From Azolla caroliniana (lineage: Eukaryota; Plantae; Polypodiophyta): a stretch of DNA of 64,000 nucleotides. This document shows positions 28,501 through 37,497 of the stretch, piece by piece; positions within the stretch are counted from its first letter, which is position 1; every line of letters starts with the position of its first letter. The stretch spans positions 22,692,001-22,756,000 of the forward strand of contig JBHGNT010000004.1 of NCBI GenBank assembly GCA_043228905.1. Direction: 5' to 3'. The notes under the pieces are model-generated. The model was not told the origin of the DNA, made no database searches, and worked only from the letters and a program-made list of their open reading frames with translations. The position numbers and the translations under genes were made by a program.

Positions 28501-29043
28501 CCCGTCAGTGAAGGTGTGTCCTATGCAGGCCGGATCTCGTAAACTGGGGTTCGACGCAACCCCTCTGATTCGGGACTCGCTGCCCTCCAGTAAGGGTGCC
28601 GCGACCGGCCTTACCTTCCGGTCCACAGTCTTGTACTTCGTGCTAACTCGGGCCATCCGATCCGACCCGAGCCCCTGACTGAAGTTCGCGATGACTTCGT
28701 ACATCTCTTCGGAACATACCGGTATCGTCTGGTCTTCGTTAAGGTCTTCTCCGGCTACTTTCCTCAGCATCCCCAAGGTGTCGTCGAAGGAGACCGCCTC
28801 CACGGCTCCGCTGATTTGCTCGTCCGGGCCGAGAACTCCGCACGCTCAAAGTTGCACTTCCGCCCTTGCCTTTTCTCGGCCAATGATGCCGACTAACATA
28901 CACCCTCCGTTGCCGGAGAAGCAAAATCTTTTACTTATCGTACAGGGTTTCTTCGGTTTCGGTTCTATCGTACAACTGTGGGATCTTTCCCGAGTGTCCG
29001 GACTGTCTCGGCCCCACGCCTTGGCAGCCCTCTCAAAAAATCC
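25543..29043 (-). pseudogene. B1 pol (RT, RNase H, integrase) in the -1 frame relative to gag-PR; several stops and a frameshift
   Basis: RT DLYSGYDQF, LPQG, PFLDDIPIKG; RH VDTSPTGIG, KRELWG, IETDCLP, NAMADMLSR; INT HDSPWAGH..CESC, WMVDLV, IVADRGE, KVERGH, WFGPY; no chromodomain; stops at 28846, 28258 and 26912. Confidence 0.93.
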
Positions 29044-31160
29044 TCTCGGTTCCCGCCACCGAGGGATTCGCGGTTTCGCTCGTGGTTCGGCCGCACCGTC
29101 AGAAATTGGACCGAATGGCGCTCGTCCTGGCTTTTGACCCTCGCGTAGGCTGAACCGTTGTCCAGCACTTTGGTCTCCATCCGCGCCGCCGTGATGTATG
29201 GTTCCCCTAATATGACCGGGTGCGAGGACGTCTCCTTTACGAAGAAGTGCTGGTCAATCTCGACGTCGCCGATCTTGATTCGCACGTTCGGGCAGGCCCC
29301 ATGCAGTTCCTCGGTGGCGCGCGTCGCCGCCCGTATCTTCCACCCGTGCTTGGTGTTGATCGGCCACTTTCCCTTCTTATAGAAGTCCATGGACATCAGG
29401 TTTATTTCCGAACCGTGGTCCACCAATGCCACCATCGGTTCCTGAACATCTCCGATCTTCACCGGGGTCTCCGTGGTCGCTCGGGCCCAGTGTGGCCTCG
29501 AATAGTGGCTCTCCGCCCACTCGTCTTCCAGCGCCAAGTCGTCGATGTGCGTCGTCCGCACCTCCACCGGTCTTTCCAATTCCGTCTCCGTTGACAGCCT
29601 CTTCCGTTTCACCAAGTCTACAATGGAGTCGTGGAACTCCTTCTTGGCGATCCCCAGCACCTCCCGCAATGACAACTCCACTTTGCTGTCGAGGATCCGT
29701 TCTTCTAGGACCTTTCGTAGGTCCGTGGTCCTTTCTATTTCCGTCCCCAGTCGGTATCCGCCCTTCTTGGGGTTATCTTGCGAGCTAGACCCACTGGCAT
29801 CGTTCCGTCGTTGCCCGAATCGGGTCTCGTACCGTTGTGAGGGCCCGGCCGATCCGGCTTTCCCCACTCGTTTGTCTTCTACCAGAGCCTCGTAGTTCCG
29901 GCAGGCAGCTTCTACGAAGCCCGTCTTCTCCTCGACCGGGTCGCTCCGCCCGGTTACTTCCCGGACCCGTCTCTCGGCGCGGTCCGCTTCGTCTTTCCTC
30001 AACCGTGCACCGGCGAGGCCTTCCAGCATTGCCGACCAGAATCCGTCTTCGCTGTCCTTTCGGGCCTCGCTGCCCCCGACCCGGATGCCGGCCGACGCCG
30101 AGTAGTGGATGGCCTCCACGTGTCGGGCCGCTGCCTCTTCCATCAGTCTCTTCATACCTCCTCGCCCGTCCTTTCGGTTCAGGGCCCTCCAGGTGTCGCC
30201 GGCATGCACCCGGCCTTCCCACAGGTACACCACCCGGTTCCTCAACGCCTCTGCGAAATCGCCGCAGTCCTTCCGAATGTGGCCGACCTCGTCGCACCAT
30301 ATGCACCTGTTCCCCGCTGCCGTCCGTCGGTCACGAGCCGGTTCGCCGCCTTCCCTTTGAGTCTGGGCGATCTGGAGATCCTTTATCGCCCGTGTCAACT
30401 CCTCCAGCGCTGCTCCTCCGGACGAGTCATTGACCATGCCGGTCGAAGCCGAACCGGTTTCGGGCCATTCCCGGGTCTCCGCCCTTCGCCCTTGTGGTGC
30501 TGGTTCAATCCTCCTTGCTGTGACAGAGCCCGCACCGGCCGCCCCGTTGTCAGCCCATTCTCGCCGTTTGTCGAAACGGCCACAGACTATCTTAACCGCA
30601 GCCCAGTCGGTCGTCAGCTCGTCTTCGGTTTCCAGCAAGGAGCCGACTTGATCCCGGTCCCGCTCGTCCACCGACTTGACGAACAGTAGGACCCGGCTCG
30701 TATCCAGAATGGTTCGGTCAAGCACCGAAAGGCGCGCAAAGCGTTCTTCGAACTCCCGGAGGAGTGCCGACGTGTTTCTTCCCTTGCCGGGGGACTCCAC
30801 CCATTCCATGAAGTCCCGTTTCGAAAGCCGGAGCGCGTCGTCCAGCCCGTATTTCTCTAGGAGTCGGCCTTCGAACTCCTCCCAGGTACGGCTCTCCGCC
30901 CGTACCTCGAGCACCTCCGCATGAATGCTCGGCATCGCCACTCGAGGGAACCCGGCAAGACGCCTCTGTTCCGGAATGTCCTGCATCAGCATTTCGGCCC
31001 CGTAGGACGCCAAATACTTCGTGGTATCCTTTCCGCTGAACCGGCCGATCGTACCGACGACCGCCTCAATGGCTCTGTCGAGGGCGCCGGTGCCCTCGCG
31101 TGCACTCAATATCCGATCCACGGCCGAAGCCATTGCCTCTGCAAGATCCGACCCCTTCAT
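28965..31160 (-). CDS. B1 Gag-protease polyprotein
   Basis: Open frame of about 730 aa from the ATG at 31160; capsid-like N-terminus, CIWCDEVGHIRKDC zinc knuckle, aspartic protease VALVDHGSEINLM...VILGEPY. Confidence 0.9.
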   Translation of the reverse strand: MKGSDLAEAMASAVDRILSAREGTGALDRAIEAVVGTIGRFSGKDTTKYLASYGAEMLMQDIPEQRRLAGFPRVAMPSIHAEVLEVRAESRTWEEFEGRLLEKYGLDDALRLSKRDFMEWVESPGKGRNTSALLREFEERFARLSVLDRTILDTSRVLLFVKSVDERDRDQVGSLLETEDELTTDWAAVKIVCGRFDKRREWADNGAAGAGSVTARRIEPAPQGRRAETREWPETGSASTGMVNDSSGGAALEELTRAIKDLQIAQTQREGGEPARDRRTAAGNRCIWCDEVGHIRKDCGDFAEALRNRVVYLWEGRVHAGDTWRALNRKDGRGGMKRLMEEAAARHVEAIHYSASAGIRVGGSEARKDSEDGFWSAMLEGLAGARLRKDEADRAERRVREVTGRSDPVEEKTGFVEAACRNYEALVEDKRVGKAGSAGPSQRYETRFGQRRNDASGSSSQDNPKKGGYRLGTEIERTTDLRKVLEERILDSKVELSLREVLGIAKKEFHDSIVDLVKRKRLSTETELERPVEVRTTHIDDLALEDEWAESHYSRPHWARATTETPVKIGDVQEPMVALVDHGSEINLMSMDFYKKGKWPINTKHGWKIRAATRATEELHGACPNVRIKIGDVEIDQHFFVKETSSHPVILGEPYITAARMETKVLDNGSAYARVKSQDERHSVQFLTVRPNHERNRESLGGGNREDFLRGLPRRGAETVRTLGKDPTVVR

Positions 31161-31182
31161 CTTCTGCTCTTCTGCCGCCTCC

Positions 31183-31200
31183 TTCACGTCGGGTTCACCA
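31183..31200 (-). promoter_or_regulatory. Primer-binding site complementary to tRNA-Trp (also at 33043-33060 on -, 37269-37286 on +, 37777-37794 on +)
   Basis: TGGTGAACCCGACGTGAA is the reverse complement of the plant cytosolic tRNA-Trp 3' end (TTCACGTCGGGTTCACCA, recalled); located 3-5 nt from each 5' LTR. Confidence 0.88.
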
Positions 31201-31935
31201 AAGATGTCGAGGTATTCCTCGCGGATGCGTGGAATGAGGCGGGACCTCGGGGGTCTTGTACCGAAGAGCTAGAGAGAAAAGGAGAAGAGACCCACTACGT
31301 GCGAGCGTAGATTCACAGGGACACGGCCCTTCGACACAAAGACGCGAGTGGGACGGCGACACAGAGAGACACGAATGTATGTATGTATTAACAAAGACAA
31401 CAACAAGAAGCACGAAATCGGTTACAACCGAACAGGCTGGCGAACAGATGCCGATGCCTGTTCGTAAACGCACAGAAAGGAAGAAGTAGGTTGGAGGTGC
31501 TGCCGGAAGCACTCGGGCATTCCTCAGAGCAGCGCGAGCCTCCTGAAACCTGCACAGAAAGGAACTACAGAGAATGGAAGAGAGAGAAGCCTTCGGCCCG
31601 CAATCCGACAGCACTTCGTCCTCTCTAATTCCGCCCTCCCCTTCGCCCCTCCTCGTCTCCCTCCTTTAATAGGCAAGGAAGGAGCCGTTTCCCCTTTACT
31701 TCCTACCTACCGAATCTACCTGCCTAGGATCTCCTATGTACAACATAAGGCGCACGTGCATGAAGAGCCGGTTCCTACGCTCCGGTGCACCAATTCCGCT
31801 TGTGGACGGTTTTCTTCACGACATCGTTCCGAACCTCTGATCACCCTCCTTCCATTCCCGACCTTCGCCCGGTCGGTCTTTCTCCCCATGTAAAAGAGGG
31901 CGTCTCGTCCCGCACCCTCTCCCGTATCGGCACCT

Positions 31936-33027
31936 TTATGCCGAATCCGGCCCCGATCGAACAATCCACGACCGGATCAGACTCCACCCGTATCGGAGTA
32001 TCGCGCGGTTCGGGTCCCGATCGAGTCGTCCCTTGGTCTCTTCGTCGCCCTTTTCACTGGCCATCTCCCATCCATCTTCGCTGGCATCGTGCCAGGACTC
32101 CTCGGTACCGCCATCCATCTCCTCGGTCTTACATGGGCATACGGGCCCGAATGCCGAGTTCTCCGGAATCGGGTGCGTGGGCTTTCGTCCGCTCCTTCCC
32201 TGTATCGTCTCGCCGGTGATTCTTGGTCTCTCGCCGCCGCCTTCCTCCTCTTCGGACTCACGTGGGCACTCAGGCCAGACTGCCATCGTCTCGAGAGCTG
32301 TGTACGCCTCCGCAATCCTGACCCCAACGCCGAGCCTTGCCGACTCTCTTTGCCGTTCGGCCTCTTCCCGTTGTGATGGCACGTCGTCGCGCCCCTTCCT
32401 CTTAGCCTTCTCAGCTCGCTCGTTATCTAGCCGTTGGCACACCCTTCCGACCTTCGACCAGTCTTCCGTAAGCCCATTCGCTCCGTCGTCGTCTTCGACC
32501 TCAATCCCGATGGCCTCCCGTTCCGCTCGGTCGATCGACCTGACGAACAATAGGATTTTGTTCGCCCCCACCAAACCTTGTTCCCGCTCCGGAAGCCAAG
32601 CAAGCCATCGCTCAAACTCTCGGAACGCCTTCGTTGCGCCCCGGTGGGTTTTTGCTAATGCTACCCACTGGTCGAAGTCGTGTCGTCCGCGACTCTTCCG
32701 CCGTCCTCCATATGCCAGAAGGAGCGCCTCTTCAAAGGCCTCCCACGAACTATAAGCTTCTCGGAGCTCCTGCACTTCCGCGTGCATACGGACGGCGACA
32801 ACCTGACAAAAGAACTCAAGCCTCAACGCTTCGTCCACGTCTCGCTCCTCCATTTCCGCGTTGTAGGCTTCCAAGTAAGATGGGACTTTGTCCCCGTTGA
32901 AACGACCGACTCTTTCGACCACTCGCTCAACCGCTTGTTGCCCTGCTTTTCGCCTCATCACCACTCGTGTCGACTCCAACACCACTTCGGCCACCATCTC
33001 CGCGAGGTCGTCGTCTTCCGATCCCAT
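31936..33027 (-). CDS. A1 capsid-like Gag (363 aa) with no zinc knuckle, protease or pol
   Basis: Starts just after the PBS; aligns by eye with the B Gag N-terminus (VGRFNG....YL..Y.AEM, HAEV.E.R....WE.FE..LL..YG, DF..WV, REFE, LLFV.S.D..ER, LT.DW..V..VC.R.D) followed by an acidic/basic low-complexity tail. Confidence 0.8.
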   Translation of the reverse strand: MGSEDDDLAEMVAEVVLESTRVVMRRKAGQQAVERVVERVGRFNGDKVPSYLEAYNAEMEERDVDEALRLEFFCQVVAVRMHAEVQELREAYSSWEAFEEALLLAYGGRRKSRGRHDFDQWVALAKTHRGATKAFREFERWLAWLPEREQGLVGANKILLFVRSIDRAEREAIGIEVEDDDGANGLTEDWSKVGRVCQRLDNERAEKAKRKGRDDVPSQREEAERQRESARLGVGVRIAEAYTALETMAVWPECPRESEEEEGGGERPRITGETIQGRSGRKPTHPIPENSAFGPVCPCKTEEMDGGTEESWHDASEDGWEMASEKGDEETKGRLDRDPNRAILRYGWSLIRSWIVRSGPDSA

Positions 33028-33253
33028 CCTCCCTTGCCACCCTTCACGTCGGGTTCACCAAAATATGTCGCGTTGTTACGCGCGTGCTTGTAGAAAGGCG
33101 GGACCACGGGGTTCCTGGACTAAGGAGTGACGGAGCGCAGGAAGTCGTGCTTCACCCTTTCTAGGGCACCCCAGGAGCACACCAGAAGCAACCGAACGAG
33201 AGAGAGAAAGAGAGGGAGACAGAGAGGGAGCGCGCGCTTCACACCGACTCACG

Positions 33254-33302
<49 letters not shown>

Positions 33303-33853
33303 CGACCCGACTCACGCCCTTATGTGGAGGAACACAGGAAAGGGGAAGCACCCGACACCAACAAAGACACGAATATACACAGACAGACGCAAAAGTATGT
33401 ATTACAAGGGAAAGAATACAACCTCGGCTTCGAGCCGGACCAAGCTAGGGTAGGTTACAACAGCATTCTGTAGTCAAGCCGCCATCCGGGGATCTCTCGG
33501 GCTCGTCATGCAGAGCGGGGTCTTGCACAGGAGACCGAGCAAAAACAACTTTCCACAGTCCACCCACACCGCGAAGAAGAGGAAGAAGAAGTAGAAGAGC
33601 TAACCCTAAATCTAACGGTATACCCTCTAACACAAAATGGGCAACCCCTCTACAAGGGACCATCCCTTCCTTTTATAGAACAAGGAGAGGGATGCGTTAC
33701 AATGTGGGATAAATCCCGATCTACATGGGATTCTTCGTCCCGACTTGACTCCTATTATTCACACAATTACATGAGGGTGAGTGCACATGGTGCACCCCGC
33801 CGATGTAGCCAATATTTCTCGGTTTCCGCCTCTAAACGAAATTCTTCATGACA

Positions 33854-34597
33854 ACGTCCAAATCTTGCCTTGATCTCGTTCGACGATCAGCATATCATCC
33901 ACATACAGGAGGAGTATCAGGAAATCTTCTCCATCAAATTTCTTCATAAACACACAGTGATCGGCCTGCGTCTTGTGGTACCCTTGGTCGGTCATGAAGG
34001 AGTCGAACTTCCGGTACCTTTGCCGGGGAGCTTGCTTCAGTTCGTATAAGCTCTTCTTCAGCCTGCACACTAGGTGCTCCTTCCCTTTCTTCTCAAATCC
34101 TTCCGGTTGAGGCATGTAGATCTCCTCTTCGAGGTCACCATGGAGGAATGTTTTCTTCACGTCTAGTTGCTCTACCTCGAGGTCCATTCTTGCCGCTATG
34201 CCCAATACCATCCGATGGATGTCATCTTTACTACCGGGGCAAAGATCTCATCGAAGTTCACTCCTTTCTTCTGTTGGAAACCCTTCACCACGATTCGGGC
34301 CTTATACCTTGGTGGATTTCCGGCGTCTCCTGGTTTCAACTTGTACACCCACTTGTTCCGGAGTGCCCTCTTTCCTTTCAGCAACTCCACCAATTCGTAT
34401 GTGTGGTTCTCATGCAGGGAATCCATTTCATCCTGCATGGCACTCAACCAATTGCGGTTGTGGGTGTCTCCCCTTGCTTCTTCAAAGCTTTCCGGCTCCC
34501 CCTCATCGGTTAGCAACACATGCTCTGCATCTGGAAATCTTAGGGGGGCTCTTCTCTCCCAGAGAGGATATCTCCGTCCTTAGTTTCTGACTATCAG
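33854..34597 (-). pseudogene. Copia-1 RT N-terminal part
   Basis: EPESFEEA, KWVYKLK, YKARIVVKGF, QLDVK.TFLHGDL, LLLYVDDML. Confidence 0.92.
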
Positions 34598-35923
34598 TGT
34601 CACGGATGAACAATTGGAAGACAAAGAGATGGGTAAGTTGTTGGAGTTTTCTTGTTGGTAGAAAATGTTAACCCCATCCACACGATGTGGTGTTCGATGA
34701 GGTCCCCTTTTTGGGCAAGAACGGATCAAATGGCTAGGGTCGCCACAATAGAGACATAAATTGTTAGCTCGTCGATGTTGTCGTTGCACGTTAGTCAGTG
34801 GTCGATAGCGAATTTGATTGATCTCCATTGGGGAGTTAGAATCTATGGCGGGAGTTGACGATGAAGATGAAGCAGCTGGCCAAGGTGGATGGATCCGAGG
34901 AGGACATACCTCTTGTCGAAACTCAACGAGATGATTATCGCAGCGCACAGCTTGGGAAATAGCCTCATTCAAAGATGTGGGCTTAGGAAAGTTAAGGAAA
35001 ATATTTTTTATCTCACCTCGTAATCCTCGATGGAATTGATCCAGTAGGGCTTGTTCATCCCATTCCACATCACACACAAGCTGATGAAATTCAGATGCAT
35101 AGATTGATGCTGCACATTCTCCTTGTTGTAACGCATATAGTTTGTTGAGCGCGGCTCGTCGTTTGTCAGTCTCCCCGAAAGTTGCTGCAAATTCGGTAAG
35201 AAATGCTTGGAAGTCATTCAAGAGAGGCGAAGAAGTCTCTACCAGAGGGGCAAACCAGGCTTGCGCTTGTCGTGTCAGCAACGTGCCGATCAGCCCAACT
35301 TGTCGAAAGTCATCAGAATATCAGTGGGGCTGAAGATGAATAATAAGGCGGATTTGGTTGATGAAGCCTCTTAATTTCTCTGGCAAGCAGACATTAGGTA
35401 TAACCGTTGTTGCTGCTAGAAGTTCTTGAACAGAGTTTCGTAAGCTCGCATTCTCATGTTGGAGTTGATGCAGCACCGCCAAAATTTGCTCAAGGTTGCT
35501 AGATGATTCTGACATGATAGTCTATTGAGAAAGAAGACAAAAAGAAGGAAGGAGATCAATCTGTCACGGATGAACAATTGGAAAACAAAGAGATGGGTAA
35601 GTTGATGAGATAGAGAGATGTATAAGTTGATGACAATGAGTATGAATATCTATTCCATGACTGGTGTTGATCTCCTTGATGATAACAATGGAGATCAACC
35701 CTTTTTATACATACAGTGATGCATGATAAGCATGCTCAACCAAGTCATACATACTATAATATTAAGCATATTGATTCTTGCATGCCAAGTCTTACATACT
35801 AAGTCTTACATATTGAGTCTTACATTCCACTCTTTATACAAAGGTTTAAAGTCTAAAGTCTTTCTAGGAGAAATATATATATATAAGGACCTAAGGCTTG
35901 AATTCGACTCAATGTTCATGACA
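34598..35923 (-). mobile_element. Element D: internally deleted chromovirus-type (Tcn1/Tf1-like) Gypsy; 5' LTR 35562-35923, gag remnant, last 43 bp of the 3' LTR (34598-34640)
   Basis: Duplicated tgtcacggatgaacaattggaa..; Ty3-type capsid (AQAWF, L.QG...S.Y..EF, F..GL...IK, LCLYCG...H....CP); TSD ACCGG versus ATCAG (two transitions); removal restores the host frame EPVVRN.GRRYPL. Confidence 0.85.
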
Positions 35924-36744
35924 ACCGGTTCCTTCATATGTTCCGAATCCGAATCCGATTCGGGATCTTGTCTGGTTCCAATGTCTTCTTCTTCTTCTTC
36001 TTCTTCTTCGGTCGGTTTGGTTTCTTGTCCGAATCCGGCCGGTTCGTCGAGTGTCATGTGATTTCCGGCTAACATCCGATTTTCAACAAGGTATATCCTT
36101 TTGTCCTCAAGCTGGTTTTCAATGGATGATCTAAAGTTCGTTACCTTCTTCTCCGACTCCCAGTTGGCAATGGTCCAGTCTTCCATGAAGACTATGTCCA
36201 GACTCCGGAACACCTTTCTGTCAACCAAATCCCATACCTGGTAACCGAACTCATCATCGCCGTATCCAAGGAATACGCAAGGCCGGGATTTCGGATCCAG
36301 CTTTGCTCTCTTGTCCTTTGCTACATGCACGTATGCGAGACACCCGAACACCTTCAGATGCTGGTAAGACACATCCTTACCGGTCCATACTTTCTGTGGT
36401 GAGTCTCCATCCAAGGGTACTGAGGGTGATATGTTTATCACATAGGTTGCCGTCGTCGGCGCCTCAACCCAAAACGTCTTGGGTAACTTGGCATGTGCGA
36501 GCATGCTCCGAACTCTCTCCATTATGGTCCAATTCATCGTTTCAACAAACCTGTTTAGTTCCGGCGTCTTCGGCATAGTAAACTTGAGACGGATTCCCTT
36601 CAACCGGCAGTACTCCTCGAACTACCCCCAATATTCTCCTCTGTTATCTGCTCGAACCGCTTTCAGCTTCTTGCCGGTTTCTCTTTCCACTCTCGCGTGA
36701 AGCTCCTTGAAGACGGATAACACTTGATCCTTCGTCTTCAACGT
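35924..36744 (-). pseudogene. Copia-1 integrase C-terminal part
   Basis: LKAVRADNRGEY, TPELN..E.MN.TI.E.VRSML, LKVFGCLAY, KLDPKS.PC.FLGY; cut at 36744 by element C. Confidence 0.92.
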
Positions 36745-37497
36745 TGTCGTGAAGATTTTCGTCCATAGGCGGAAACCGGGGTGGAATAGGCAAATCGGTG
36801 GTGTGCACCATATGCACATGTGCACTAGGAAATGGTGTATAGAAATAAGAGGGGAAATTCTATCCCACATTGTAAGGTCCCTCCCTCCTTGGGCTATAAA
36901 AGGAAGGGAGGGGTCACTTATGAAGGGGTTGCCTATTTTGAGGGAGAGAGGCATACCACTTAGGTCGAGGGTTTCCTATTCGGTTTTAGGGTTTCGGTTA
37001 GGGTTTTCTTCTTGGGTTTTTCTTTAGGGTTTTTCTCATAGTCGTTTGGTGCGGCCATGGCGGCCACCATTGTAAAGCATTTATGTTTCTTTAAGCTAAC
37101 TTGTTGAGCATCTTGCCCCATCTATTCTATGTTATTGTCTTATTCTTTCTCATCTCCTCTTGAGCTAAGCTTCCATTTTGTGTCTTATTCCTTCTCCTCT
37201 ACTCCCTAGTCTGAGACCCCCGTGGTCCCGCCCCTTCTACACGCACGCGCGTAACAACGCGACATCTTTGGTGAACCCGACGTGAAAGGCGGCAAGGGAG
37301 CATGGAGATAGAAGAAGTTGTCGACTTCGAGGAGATGATGGCAAAGATCGTGATGGAAGCCGGACGGAAGATGGTGAAGCAAGATGCGGCTCAACAAGCT
37401 GTCGAAAGGGTGGTCGATCGAGTCGGCCAGTTCAATGAGGACAATGTCACGAGATTCTTAGAAGCATACAATGCCGAGATGACGAAGGAGGGCGTGG
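36745..37497 (+). mobile_element. Element C, 5' end: 520-bp LTR (36745-37264), tRNA-Trp PBS, start of a second capsid-only Gag (37302-37497)
   Basis: TGTCGTGAAGA...CGCGACA ends; left flank ACGT; ORF QQAVERVVDRVGQFN..NV..FLEAYNAEM homologous to the A Gag. Confidence 0.88.

Larger units (their letters stand above)
24851..31823 (-). mobile_element. Element B1: full-length autonomous-type non-chromovirus Ty3/Gypsy (LTRs 24851-25469 and 31205-31823), 4-bp TSD TCGT
   Basis: 619-bp LTR pair with about 15 mismatches by eye; PBS 31183-31200; PPT 25470-25488; TCGT at 24847-24850 and 31824-31827; gag-PR-RT-RH-INT domain order. Confidence 0.96.
21531..33853 (-). mobile_element. Element A1: non-autonomous Gag-only LTR retrotransposon (3' LTR 21531-22289, 5' LTR 33066-33853), 4-bp TSD ACGT
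   Basis: Two highly similar LTRs with TGTC...GACA ends; PBS 33043-33060; PPT 22290-22308; ACGT at 21527-21530 and 33854-33857; removing the element restores the Copia RT frame (IWTLKKAL.TF.MKDLG). Confidence 0.93.

Noticed and set aside
31183-31200. tRNA-Trp gene
   Set aside because: Only the 3' 18 nt including CCA match, next to LTRs; these are primer-binding sites, not tRNA genes.
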